A stretch of 58,289 bases of DNA from Actinomycetota bacterium (GTDB taxonomy: Bacteria > Actinomycetota > UBA4738 > HRBIN12): assembly GCA_036555125.1 (NCBI GenBank), contig DATBLY010000068.1, positions 1 to 58,289 on the forward strand. Reading direction: 5' to 3'. Made by a program: the position numbers and the translations under genes. Each line of letters starts with the position of its first letter. Position 1 is the stretch's first letter. Under the pieces are notes generated by a model. It saw only the letters and a program-made list of their open reading frames with translations. It did no database searches and was not told where the DNA came from. This document shows, one piece after another, positions 33,432 through 42,905 of this stretch.

Positions 33432-34847
33432 CTAGGCGAGCAGGCCTCGGACGAAGTACCAGAGGAAGATCGCGGCGACGACGTACAGGAGCGGATGCAC
33501 GTCACGCGCCCTGCCCTGCAAGAGCTTGATCACGACGTAGGAGAGGAAGCCCGCGCCGACGCCGTTCGTGATCGAGTAAGTGAACGGCATCAGCACGATC
33601 GTGAGCATCGCGGGGATGCCCATCGCCGGGTCGCGCCAATCGATCTCGCCGACCGACCGCATCATGAAGTAGCCGACGAGCACCAGCACGGGCGCCGTCG
33701 CCTCGGGCGGGATCACCCCCGCGATCGGCGAGAAGAAGATCGCCAGCAGGAACAGCGCGCCGACGACCACGGCCGTGAGGCCGGTCCGCCCGCCCTCCTC
33801 GATCCCCGAGGCGCTCTCGATGAACGTCGTGTTCGACGACGCCGACGCCGCCCCGCCGGCGGCGGCGGCCAGGCTGTCGACAAGCAGGACCTTCTTCATC
33901 GCCGGCAGCTTGCCCTCCTCGTCCAGCAGGCCGGCCTCGTCGGCCAACCCGACGGCCGTGCCCATCGTGTCGAAGAAGTCGGAGAGCATCACCGCGATGA
34001 TCGCCGCGAGCGCGGTGGCGATCCCGAGCGCGTCGAACACCCCGAAGTCGAAGTTGCCCAGGAGCGCGAAGTCGGGGGTCGACACGACGTCGCTCGGGAC
34101 CTGCGCGATCCCGCTCGCCCAGATCGCGCCCTCGCCCCACACCTCGTTCAGGACGATCGCGAACACGGTGGTCGCGAGGATCCCGATCAGCAGGCCGCCC
34201 TTCACCTTGCGGACCACCAGCATCGACGTGAGGGCGAGGCCGACCGCGAACGTCAGCACGTGCAGGTTCGACAGGTCGGGGTTCAGCGTGATGACCGTCC
34301 CCTCTCCCGCCACGACGATCCCGCCGTTCACGAGGCCGATGATCGCCAGGAACAGCCCGATGCCGATCCCGATCGCGCGCTTCAGGTCCATCGGGATCGC
34401 GTCGAGGATCGCCTCCCGGACGCCGGTGAGCACCAGGGCGGTGATCAGCAGGCCCTCGATCACGATCACGCCCATCGCCTGCTCCCACGTCAGGCCGAGG
34501 GTGGCGACCAGCGTGAAGGCGACGAACCCGTTCAGCCCGAGGCCCGCCGCGAGGGCGAAGGGGACGTTCGCGTACAACCCCATCGCGATCGTCACGACCC
34601 CGGCCACGAGCGCCGTCACGGTGAGCACGGCCGGGAACGCGAGCGACGTCCCGTTCGCGTCCGGCACCGCGCCGAGGATCGCCGGGTTGACGAACAGGAT
34701 GTAGGCCATCGTCAGCCAGGTGACGACCCCCGCGACGATCTCGGCCCGGATCGATGAGCCCCGCTGGGTGATCCGGAAGAACCGATCGATCCCGCCGATG
34801 TCGGCCTCGCCGACGCGTACGACCCGGTCCTGATCGGTGGTTGCCAT
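33432..34847 (-). CDS. NCS2/AzgA-family purine (adenine/guanine/hypoxanthine) permease
   Basis: The sequence reads FRITQRGSSIRAEIVAGVVTWLTMAYILFVNPAIL... and has about 13 TM helices. The ATG has a GGGGGAGGG SD; the track ORF extends to 34940. Confidence 0.85.
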   Translation of the reverse strand: MATTDQDRVVRVGEADIGGIDRFFRITQRGSSIRAEIVAGVVTWLTMAYILFVNPAILGAVPDANGTSLAFPAVLTVTALVAGVVTIAMGLYANVPFALAAGLGLNGFVAFTLVATLGLTWEQAMGVIVIEGLLITALVLTGVREAILDAIPMDLKRAIGIGIGLFLAIIGLVNGGIVVAGEGTVITLNPDLSNLHVLTFAVGLALTSMLVVRKVKGGLLIGILATTVFAIVLNEVWGEGAIWASGIAQVPSDVVSTPDFALLGNFDFGVFDALGIATALAAIIAVMLSDFFDTMGTAVGLADEAGLLDEEGKLPAMKKVLLVDSLAAAAGGAASASSNTTFIESASGIEEGGRTGLTAVVVGALFLLAIFFSPIAGVIPPEATAPVLVLVGYFMMRSVGEIDWRDPAMGIPAMLTIVLMPFTYSITNGVGAGFLSYVVIKLLQGRARDVHPLLYVVAAIFLWYFVRGLLA

Positions 34848-34995
34848 CGCCCTCCCCCTGTGCGCGCGGCGCCGCGGAACGCCGGCATCCCCCCGGGGAA
34901 GGCCGGCCGCAGCATAGGGACGTCCCGGCGCGCCGCGCAACCGCCGTCCGGCCGGTAAGCTGCCGGTCCCCCGGAGCGCACAGGACGAGGACGGC

Positions 34996-35829
34996 GTGGC
35001 GACGAAGAGCGGAACGCGAGGTCAAGGGCCCAGCGACCGAAGGCCGACGAAGGCCGAGCGGAGGGAGCAGGCGCGGCTCGAGCGTGAGCAGATCCAGCGC
35101 AAGGTCGCGCGGCGCAGACGCAACCGGACGATGGGCCTGGCGTTGGTGGCGATCGCCGCCGTCGCCGCGATCGTCGGGGTCGTGGTCCTGCAGCCCGGCG
35201 ATGACGCGGCCGCGGCGGAAGCGCCGGAGGCCCTGCTCCGGGATGCCGCCTCGGCCGCCGAGGCGGCATCCTGCACCGACGTCCAGACGATCGATCCCTA
35301 CGACGGCGTGTCCGACCCGAACTCGCCGGACTACGTCGATCAATCCCACATCGGCAGCGGTGACTTCCTGACCGGTCCCGCCTTGTCCACCTATCCGAGC
35401 ATCCCGCCGACGTCGGGACCGCACGCGGCGATCCCGCCCGGCCCGATCGCCGCCGGGATCTACGACTCCCCGCCGGACCTCTACCGCGCGATCCACTCGC
35501 TGGAGCACGGCGCGACGATCGTCTGGTACCGGCCGGGCACGTCGCAGGCGGCGCTCGACCGGCTGACGGCGTTCTTCGGGCAGTCGCTCGACGACGCGTC
35601 GGTCGGCCAGGACCGCGTGATCGTGGCCCCGTACGACTACCCGGACCAGGGCGCGGCCGGACAGCTCCCGAGCGGCGTGAACATGGCCCTCGTCGCCTGG
35701 CACCGGCTGCAGAGCTGCGGGGCCGTCAGCCTGCCGGTCGCGTTCGACTTGAGCTCCCGGCTGAGCGCGCCCTCGTGGGGCGACCGCACGTACGAGGGCG
35801 AGGCGCCCGAGGCCGGGGCGACGCTCTAG
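34996..35829 (+). CDS. DUF3105-domain membrane-anchored protein (paralog 1)
   Basis: The 277-aa ORF has a basic N-terminus, one TM, and then PPTSGPH...HSLEHGATIVWY...ALVAW, a DUF3105-like pattern. Confidence 0.7.
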   Translation: MATKSGTRGQGPSDRRPTKAERREQARLEREQIQRKVARRRRNRTMGLALVAIAAVAAIVGVVVLQPGDDAAAAEAPEALLRDAASAAEAASCTDVQTIDPYDGVSDPNSPDYVDQSHIGSGDFLTGPALSTYPSIPPTSGPHAAIPPGPIAAGIYDSPPDLYRAIHSLEHGATIVWYRPGTSQAALDRLTAFFGQSLDDASVGQDRVIVAPYDYPDQGAAGQLPSGVNMALVAWHRLQSCGAVSLPVAFDLSSRLSAPSWGDRTYEGEAPEAGATL

Positions 35830-35831
35830 CC

Positions 35832-36584
35832 GTGGCGACCACGAAGCGGAAGCGCCGGCGGCCGAGCGGCGCCACGGCGCCGATCGCGACCCCCGCGCGC
35901 GGTGGGGCCAACGAGGCGCGACGCGAGCGCAAGGAGCAGGCGCGCCAGGCTCGCGAGGCCGAGCGCAAGCGAGCCGCGCGACGGGCCGCCTACCGTCGGG
36001 CGATCACGATCACGGCGGTCGGTGTCGTCGCGATCGGCGTCTTCTGGTGGTTCAACCGTGCGGCCGCGCCCCGGCCGATCCCCGAGGCGGCGATCCGCTC
36101 GGCGGAGGCCGCGGGCTGCACGACCGTCGAGACCCCGCTCGACTCCGCGCCCGCCAACCAGCACCTGCAGGCCGGGCAGTCGTACACGTACGACCAGCAC
36201 CCCGCGACGTCCGGCTGGCACGACCCGTCCCCGCTCCCGCTCGATCCGAAGGTGTACGACTCGCCCATCAACGAGACGAACGCGGTGCACAACCTCGAGC
36301 ACGCCGGCGTGATCGTCTACTACCAGGACACCGGCGATGCCGCGCTCTCCACCGACGCCGTCGACCGGCTCGCGACGCTCGTGAACGGCTCGACGAACGT
36401 CCTGATGGCCCCGTACCCGGACCTGCCCGAGGGTCAGGGGATGGCGCTCACGGCGTGGAACAAGCTGCAGACGTGTCCGCCGGGCGTGACGCCGCAGCAG
36501 GCCGACACGATCGCGAGCGGGTTCATCGAGGCCTACGCCTGCACGCGCAACGCCCCCGAGCCGAACGCGTCCGGCGTCTGCTGA
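35832..36584 (+). CDS. DUF3105-domain membrane-anchored protein (paralog 2)
   Basis: The GTG start lies 2 nt after the paralog 1 stop (VATTKRKRRRP...). The architecture is the same (PATSGWH...HNLEHAGVIVYY...ALTAW). Confidence 0.7.
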   Translation: MATTKRKRRRPSGATAPIATPARGGANEARRERKEQARQAREAERKRAARRAAYRRAITITAVGVVAIGVFWWFNRAAAPRPIPEAAIRSAEAAGCTTVETPLDSAPANQHLQAGQSYTYDQHPATSGWHDPSPLPLDPKVYDSPINETNAVHNLEHAGVIVYYQDTGDAALSTDAVDRLATLVNGSTNVLMAPYPDLPEGQGMALTAWNKLQTCPPGVTPQQADTIASGFIEAYACTRNAPEPNASGVC

Positions 36585-36588
36585 ACGC

Positions 36589-38337
36589 CTAGGAGACCGT
36601 GCAGGCGCCCGTCGCGGGGCACAGGATCATGCCGCGCTCGAACGTCGCCGACGTGCCGCCGTTCGGATGCTCCTGGACGCGAGACGTGGGCATCCCGAGC
36701 GACCCCCCTGCGGCGCCGCGGGCGAGGTAGGCGTCGAGCACCGCCCCCCACAGGGCGAACGCGCCGATCCCGGGCGACCAGTAGATGCGGCCATCCGCGA
36801 AGTCCATGCGACCGCATCCCGCGCACCCTCCCCGGCGGTCCGCGGCCGTCCCCAGCCGGTCCGACACCGGGAGGCCCAAGACCCCCGCCGCGCCGCCGAC
36901 CCCGAGGTACTCGTCGTAGATCGCGCCGTGGACCCATACCGTGAGATCGATCCCGCCGTTGCGGTAGATCGCGCCGTCCTGGAAGGCCTGCCGGCTGCCG
37001 CCCGGCAGGATCTTGAGCGCCGAGGTCGGCACGCCCGGACGACACATCAGGTCGTCGTACGCGATGCGGATCGGGCCGAGCACGTTGCGGTCGACGTCGA
37101 TCCACACGCGGTCGTCCGGCAGCGAGAGCGCCGAGCGCAGCTCGGAGCCCGACACCGTCGCCTCGCCCGCCTCGCCGCGGACCACGATCTCGTCGATCCG
37201 TCCCGACACGCCGCGTGTCGCCCGGCCGAAGCCCGTCACGGAGCCGATGTCGCCCGTGTACGGCACGAGCGCGCTCGTGACCTGCGCCGGCGACAGGGCC
37301 CGGCTCCAATCGGTCCAGGGGTTCGCCGAGGTGTACTCGCCCGGATCGCACACGCCGGCGAGGTACGGGTACAGCTCGAGCGGCGTCCCCCACTGCACGG
37401 GCAGGTCCTCGGTGTGGCCTCCGTCCGACGCCGTGAAGACCGTCAGGGCGACCTTGCCGGCGTAGGACACGATCTCCTTGGCCGTGGACGTGACCGCCTT
37501 GGACCATCGGGCGCCGTCGGTCCCGCCTTCCTTGTCCCACCCGACGTACACCTGATCGTTCGCGCCGTCCTGCACGTGACAGTTGCAGTCCGCCCGCAGC
37601 CCGGACCGCCGCATCCGGTAGAGCGCGAAGCTCCGCGCGGCGACGGCCTGCGTGCGCAGCGCCTCCATCGGCCAGCTGCTCGGGACCTCGCCGATGCCGA
37701 GGAGGTACTCCTCGAACGGCAGCGTGGCGATCAGCCGCATCCGGCATCCGTTCGCGCAGTTCGTGAGGTTGAACTCCAGCACGCCGCGGTTGTACGTGGC
37801 GCCGCCTTCGGGAACGATGACGCGCGCGCCCTCGCCGGTGTACGTGGCGAACAGGTCGAACCCGGGGCCGCCCCACGTCCGGTCGCCGACGACGGCGCCG
37901 GCGGCATCGAGCACGCGGTACCCGTCGTCGGCGGCCTCGACCGACCACGTCTGTCCCCCGGGGATCTTGCCGACGGCCGTGCCGGTGAGCGGCTCGCGGA
38001 CCCACAGCCGGACCGGACCGGCCTTCGCGGTCAGGTGGATCGCGCGAACGCCGGACGTGAGCCCGACGCGGATGTCGCCGGGCGGCTTCGGAAGGATCTC
38101 CACGGTGGTGCCGGAGTAGAAGTGCTCGAGGATCCGCTCGTGCCGCCACCCGTCCTTCGCCAGGCCGTAGGCACCCCACTGGGACATGCCGAGCCCGTGG
38201 CCCCACCCCGAGCCGTAGAAGGTGAACCCGTCCGCGGCGCGGGCTCCGTCGGACGCCCGTGCCCCGCCGGCGACGGTCAGGGGGAACAGGGCCGCGGTGA
38301 CGGCCACGACGAGCGCGAGCGTGCGGAGGCGTCGCAT
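36589..38337 (-). CDS. SpoIID/LytB-domain cell-wall protein with C-terminal LGFP-like repeats
   Basis: It has a signal peptide (MRRLRTLALVVAVTAALFPLTVAGGARA) and the SpoIID motifs GWGHGLGMSQWGA and EALRTQAVAARSFAL. The start is ambiguous; the track ORF extends to 38379. Confidence 0.8.
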   Translation of the reverse strand: MRRLRTLALVVAVTAALFPLTVAGGARASDGARAADGFTFYGSGWGHGLGMSQWGAYGLAKDGWRHERILEHFYSGTTVEILPKPPGDIRVGLTSGVRAIHLTAKAGPVRLWVREPLTGTAVGKIPGGQTWSVEAADDGYRVLDAAGAVVGDRTWGGPGFDLFATYTGEGARVIVPEGGATYNRGVLEFNLTNCANGCRMRLIATLPFEEYLLGIGEVPSSWPMEALRTQAVAARSFALYRMRRSGLRADCNCHVQDGANDQVYVGWDKEGGTDGARWSKAVTSTAKEIVSYAGKVALTVFTASDGGHTEDLPVQWGTPLELYPYLAGVCDPGEYTSANPWTDWSRALSPAQVTSALVPYTGDIGSVTGFGRATRGVSGRIDEIVVRGEAGEATVSGSELRSALSLPDDRVWIDVDRNVLGPIRIAYDDLMCRPGVPTSALKILPGGSRQAFQDGAIYRNGGIDLTVWVHGAIYDEYLGVGGAAGVLGLPVSDRLGTAADRRGGCAGCGRMDFADGRIYWSPGIGAFALWGAVLDAYLARGAAGGSLGMPTSRVQEHPNGGTSATFERGMILCPATGACTVS

Positions 38338-38430
38338 CTTCGAGGGGGCGTCACCCCCCGGGGAAGGGGGCGCCCGCACCGTACCACATCGACCCCCGGC
38401 GGCCGGGGGTTTACGTGCTCGAACCGCCGC

Positions 38431-39450
38431 TCACGTCTCGGGCACCGAGAACGGTTGCACGCGAGCGTCTTCGATCGCCTGGCCGTCCGGGACGGATGCG
38501 CCCTCCCCGAGCACCGACGACACCGCCGACGCCCCGGCTCCCACCGTCGCGCCCGGCCCGACGATCGAGCCCGCCACGCGCGACCGCGCCCCGATCGAGC
38601 AGCCCGGATGCAGGACCGAGTCCTCGATCACCGCGTCGGGGCCGACGCGGGCGCCGGCGCCGACGGCCACGCGGCGGCCGATGCGCGCGCTCGGATCGAC
38701 CTCGGCGTCCGCGGCGACCCACGGGGCGGGGTACACCACCCCGGAGACCTTCCCCTCGAGGAGATCGAAGTGCGCGCGGAGGTAGTTCTCGGGGGTGCCG
38801 AGGTCCCGCCAATACGCGCCGGAGGCGAAGCCGTAGACGGCTCGCCCGCCGTCGATCACGCTCGGGAAGATCTCGCGCTCGATCGAGATCGGCCGGTCGG
38901 CCGTCCACCTGGCCAGGGCCCGGGGGTCCAAGACGTAGGTGCCGGCGTTGACGTCGCCGGGGATCGGCTCCTCCGGCTTCTCGCGGAAGGCGCGGATGCG
39001 GCCGTCGTGCTCGAGCTCCACGAGCCCGAACGCCCGTGCGTCGTCCACGTGATGCAGCGCGATCGTCGCGGCGGCGTCGTGCTCGCGATGCAGCGCCAGC
39101 ATCGCCGTCATGTCGAGGTCCGTGAGGATGTCGCCGTTCAGGGCGAAGAACGGTTCGTCGGGCTCCAGCCGATGGACGGCGTTGACGATCGCCCCGCCCG
39201 TGTCGAGGGCCTCACGCTCCGTCACCCACGCGATCGACGGGTCACCGTGACGCGACGCGATGAACGGGTCGAACAGCTCCTCGAGGTACGGCGACGACAT
39301 CACGACCTCGTGGACGCCGTGGCGGACGAGCCGGTCGAGCGTGTGATCCAGGATCGCGCGGTCCACGAGCGGCAGGAGCTCCTTCTTCACGGTGGCGGTC
39401 AGCGGCCGCAGCCGTGTCCCCTGCCCGCCCACCAGGACGACCGCCTTCAC
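38431..39450 (-). CDS. manC: Mannose-1-phosphate guanylyltransferase-type sugar nucleotidyltransferase
   Basis: The sequence starts VKAVVLVGGQGTRLRPLT... and has a C-terminal left-handed beta-helix. Its GTG overlaps the wbbL stop. The position matches Rv3264c, next to wbbL. Confidence 0.8.
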   Translation of the reverse strand: MKAVVLVGGQGTRLRPLTATVKKELLPLVDRAILDHTLDRLVRHGVHEVVMSSPYLEELFDPFIASRHGDPSIAWVTEREALDTGGAIVNAVHRLEPDEPFFALNGDILTDLDMTAMLALHREHDAAATIALHHVDDARAFGLVELEHDGRIRAFREKPEEPIPGDVNAGTYVLDPRALARWTADRPISIEREIFPSVIDGGRAVYGFASGAYWRDLGTPENYLRAHFDLLEGKVSGVVYPAPWVAADAEVDPSARIGRRVAVGAGARVGPDAVIEDSVLHPGCSIGARSRVAGSIVGPGATVGAGASAVSSVLGEGASVPDGQAIEDARVQPFSVPET

Positions 39451-40319
39451 GAGCTCCGCACCCTCCCCGCGAGCCACGCCAGCTCCGCCCGTGTCCGAAG
39501 CGTGAGCCACGCCAGCGGCAAGGTTAGCCGCCGCCAGCCCCGGGCGCGGTGCTTGCGGTAGTAGCGGTAGATGCTCGCGGAGTGCATCCGGTACGTGCGA
39601 CGGCCGCGTCCGGTCGAAACGCCGATCTCGTGCACGATCTCGACCGCGGGGGTGAACAGGACGGTCCAGCCGGCCTCGCGCAGCCGCGTCGCCAGGTCGA
39701 GCTCCTCGCCGTAGAGGAGGAAGCCCTCATCCAGTGGCCCCACGGCGTCCAGCGCGGCGCGCGGCAGCAGCATGCAGCATCCCGACACCCAGTCGACCTC
39801 GCGCTCGGTCCGCCGGTCCCACCCGTCCAGGTGATACCGGCGCGTGAACCGGTTGCGCGGCGCGACCGTGCCGAGGAACGCGTGGCCGACCGCGTCGAGC
39901 ACGCTCGGGAACGGCCGCCCGCTCGGGTAGACGGTCCCGTCGGGGTTGCGCACGAGTGGGCCGACCAGGCCGGCCCGTGGATGCCGTCGGGCGGCATCCA
40001 CGTAGTCCGCGACCGTCCCCGCGAACCACTCCGTGTCGGGGTTCAGGAGCAGGACGTACGGCGCCCGGGTGGCGCGGATCCCCTGGTTCCACGCGGGCGA
40101 GAGGTAGACGTTGCGCGGGTTCTCGATCAGGCGCACCCACGGGTGCGCCGCGATCGCCGTGGTGTGGCTGCCGTCCGCCGACGCGTTGTCGACCACCAGG
40201 ACGTCGATCGCGATGTCCCCTCGATGGGCCTCGAGGCTCGCGAGGCACCGTTCGAGGTAGTCGCCCGCGTTGTAGTTGACGATCACCACGGCGAGGTCCG
40301 CCGCGTCCGGATCCGTCAT
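39447..40319 (-). CDS. wbbL: GT2 rhamnosyltransferase WbbL-like
   Basis: The sequence reads MTDPDAADLAVVIVNYNAGDYL...VVDNASADGS...LLNPD...YGEELDL. Its ATG overlaps the upstream stop (ATGA). Confidence 0.8.
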   Translation of the reverse strand: MTDPDAADLAVVIVNYNAGDYLERCLASLEAHRGDIAIDVLVVDNASADGSHTTAIAAHPWVRLIENPRNVYLSPAWNQGIRATRAPYVLLLNPDTEWFAGTVADYVDAARRHPRAGLVGPLVRNPDGTVYPSGRPFPSVLDAVGHAFLGTVAPRNRFTRRYHLDGWDRRTEREVDWVSGCCMLLPRAALDAVGPLDEGFLLYGEELDLATRLREAGWTVLFTPAVEIVHEIGVSTGRGRRTYRMHSASIYRYYRKHRARGWRRLTLPLAWLTLRTRAELAWLAGRVRSS

Positions 40320-40690
40320 CCGTGATGCGGGGTCTGCGCGATCAGCACGATGCCCAGCATGATGCAGAAGACGCCCACCCAGCGCACGACCGGCACCTGC
40401 TGATGCAGCCAGAACCGGTCGAACAGCAGGATCAGGACGTAGGTGAGCGATGCGAACGGATACGCGAACGAGAGCGACGTCCGCGACAGGACCGCCAGCC
40501 ACACGAACGCCGACAGCCCGAAGAGGACCAGCCCGAGCCAGATCTGCGGGGTCGTGACGACGTCGCCGAGCGACTCGGCGTTCAGCTTGAGGGGACCGCT
40601 CGACGCCGTCACGTGGTTCATGCCCTGCTTCAGCGTGAGCTGGGCGACCGCGGCCAGCGTGACGGAGAGCAGGATCAGGCCGATCAGCAT
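40316..40690 (-). CDS. Small 4-TM DMT/SMR-like protein (ArnE/ArnF-like candidate lipid-linked sugar flippase)
   Basis: The 124-aa ORF reads MLIGLILLSVTLAAVAQLTLKQG... It has a GAAGGGAAG SD and four hydrophobic helices. The function is inferred only from size and context. Confidence 0.6.
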   Translation of the reverse strand: MLIGLILLSVTLAAVAQLTLKQGMNHVTASSGPLKLNAESLGDVVTTPQIWLGLVLFGLSAFVWLAVLSRTSLSFAYPFASLTYVLILLFDRFWLHQQVPVVRWVGVFCIMLGIVLIAQTPHHG

Positions 40691-40743
40691 GGTCAGGTTC
40701 TTCCCTTCGGGTGGATGGTGGGTGGTGGGCTCCGCGGGCGCGC

Positions 40744-41925
40744 TCACAGGTCCTCGATCTCCGCCTCGACGGGCACGTCGATCCGCTCCTGGACCCTGGG
40801 CGCCTCCACCACCTCGAACAGGTACCGCTGCGTCTGCACGTGGTACAGCGCGCCGGTCCGGCGCGACGACAGGCCGATCGTCACCCAGTACTTCCCGGCG
40901 TGGTACGGGAACGACGGGACCGTGAAGCGGATCCGCTTCTTCCCGTCGAAGCGCGCGATGTCGATGCCGTGCCGCGAGGTCCGGGCGTCCAGGACCGGGT
41001 GGTTCGTGGCGCCGTCCAGGATCTCGAAGTCCACGTCCAGGTCGTCGACCGGCTCGTTCGTGCGGACGTCGATCCGGATCGTGAGCGGGTCGCCGGCGAG
41101 CACCGGCCCCTCGATCCGGCCGGACGCGCGCACGAGCTCGACCGACGCGATCTCGGCCTGTCGCGAGCCCTCCTCGGGTACGAACCCGGGATCGGTGACG
41201 CCCAGCAGGACGTAGCGCATCTCGCGCACCACGTCGTCGGGGGCGCCGCGGGCGTGCACGTGTCCGTGGTGCAGCATCACGGCGCGATCGCACACCTCGC
41301 GCACGGTGTCGAGCGCGTGCGTGACCAGGACGATCGTGCGGCCCTCGGCCTGGAAGCGGCCCACCCGCTCCAGGCAGCGCGCCTGGAAGGCCTCGTCGCC
41401 GACCGCCAGGACCTCGTCGATCAGCAGGATGTCCGGCTCCACGTGGACCGCGACCGCGAACCCGAGCCGGACGAGCATGCCCGACGAGTAGAACTTCGTC
41501 TGGTTGTCCATGAACTCGCCGAGCTCGGCGAACGCCACGATGTCGTCGAAGACCCGGTCGGTGTCGCGACGCGACAGACCCAGGAACGAGGCGTTCAGGT
41601 AGACGTTCTCGCGACCCGTGAGCTCGGGATGGAACCCGGCGCCGAGCTCGAGCAGGGCGGCCACGCGGCCACGGGAGCGGATCACGCCCGCGGTCGGGCG
41701 GAGGATCCCCGCGATGCACTTCAGCAGCGTGGTCTTGCCCGAGCCGTTGTGGCCGATCAGGCCGAGGGTGCCCCCGTCGGGCACGTCGATCGACACGTCG
41801 CGCAGCGCCCAGAAGTCCTCCGCGCGCATCCGTCCGGAGAGCAGCCGCTGCTTCACCGACGTGGGCTTCTCACGGAACAGCCGGAACCGTTTCGAGACGC
41901 CCTCGACCTCGATCGCCGCGGTCAC
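40744..41925 (-). CDS. wzt: Polysaccharide-export ABC transporter ATPase with Wzt-like C-terminal glycan-binding domain
   Basis: Its GTG overlaps the wzm stop. It has Walker A GHNGSGKTT, the signature YSSGMLVRLGFA and Walker B LLIDEVLAVGD, plus a beta-rich C-terminal extension of about 150 aa. Confidence 0.88.
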   Translation of the reverse strand: MTAAIEVEGVSKRFRLFREKPTSVKQRLLSGRMRAEDFWALRDVSIDVPDGGTLGLIGHNGSGKTTLLKCIAGILRPTAGVIRSRGRVAALLELGAGFHPELTGRENVYLNASFLGLSRRDTDRVFDDIVAFAELGEFMDNQTKFYSSGMLVRLGFAVAVHVEPDILLIDEVLAVGDEAFQARCLERVGRFQAEGRTIVLVTHALDTVREVCDRAVMLHHGHVHARGAPDDVVREMRYVLLGVTDPGFVPEEGSRQAEIASVELVRASGRIEGPVLAGDPLTIRIDVRTNEPVDDLDVDFEILDGATNHPVLDARTSRHGIDIARFDGKKRIRFTVPSFPYHAGKYWVTIGLSSRRTGALYHVQTQRYLFEVVEAPRVQERIDVPVEAEIEDL

Positions 41926-42719
41926 AGCTCCTCCGCGAAGTCGCCCGAGCGCCGGAAGAACAGGCGCCAGGACAGGTAGAGCAGGAGCATGGACGCGACG
42001 ATCACGATCGCGAGGACGCCCGCGAGCCACGCGACGCTCACGTCGGGCAGGACGGGCACCGGCTTCGTCACGCCGTCGACCGTCGCCTCGGGCGACACGG
42101 TCCCGTACAGGGCGCGCTGGAACCCGAACACGATGTCGGCGAGCGGGTTCAACAGGAACGCGTTCCACAGGTCGACGCCGAGGAACGTCTTCCCGGAGAG
42201 CTTCTCCTGCACCAGCGCCCCGGGGTACACGATCGGCGTGGCCCAGAACCAGACCAGCATCGCGAGCCCCACCAGGTGCCCCACGTCGCGGTAGCGGACG
42301 TTCAACGCGGAGGACCAGAACACGAGGGCGGTGGAGAACACCAGCAGCGCGACGAACGCCATCGGGTACAGCACGAGCGCCGGCAGGTGGAACCCGTACC
42401 CGGTGACGAGCATGAACAGCAGCAGGACCGCCGACTGCAGGACGAAGTCCACGAGCGCCACCCCGATCGTCGCGAGCGGCAGGATCTCGCGCGGGAAGGC
42501 GACCTTCTTCACGAGGTTCGCGTTGTCGATCACCGCCCGCGTGCCGTTCGTCAGCCCCGTGCTGAACAGGTTCCACGCCAGCAGGCCCGAGAGCAGGAAC
42601 ACCGGGTAGTGGGGGGTCTGGTTGCCCAGCACGCGCACGACGAACGTGAACACGGCCAGGAACACCACGGGGTTCAACAGGGACCAGACGGCGCCGAGGA
42701 CCGACGCCGTGTACTTCAC
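41922..42719 (-). CDS. wzm: ABC-2 type polysaccharide-export permease (Wzm); true start probably upstream at a non-canonical codon
   Basis: The track ORF starts at GTG 42719 (MKYTASVLGAVWSLLNP...). The conserved Wzm N-terminal helix LREIAAYREILANLIRKELKV is encoded in-frame immediately upstream (to about 42842), with no ATG/GTG/TTG there. See the finding. Confidence 0.85.
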   Translation of the reverse strand: MKYTASVLGAVWSLLNPVVFLAVFTFVVRVLGNQTPHYPVFLLSGLLAWNLFSTGLTNGTRAVIDNANLVKKVAFPREILPLATIGVALVDFVLQSAVLLLFMLVTGYGFHLPALVLYPMAFVALLVFSTALVFWSSALNVRYRDVGHLVGLAMLVWFWATPIVYPGALVQEKLSGKTFLGVDLWNAFLLNPLADIVFGFQRALYGTVSPEATVDGVTKPVPVLPDVSVAWLAGVLAIVIVASMLLLYLSWRLFFRRSGDFAEEL

Positions 42720-42905
42720 CTTCAGCTCCTTGCGGATCAGGTTCGCGAGGATCTCGCGGTACGCCGCGATCTCGCGCAGGCGGGCGAGGACGCGCAGGCG
42801 CGGGGCCTCGGACGTGCGTTCGGTGACGGTCGCGGTGGCGATGGTCCGGCGCTCCCTGGACGGATCGAGCTGATGGGATCGGCGTTCGCGCTGGTCAGCG
42901 GCTGC

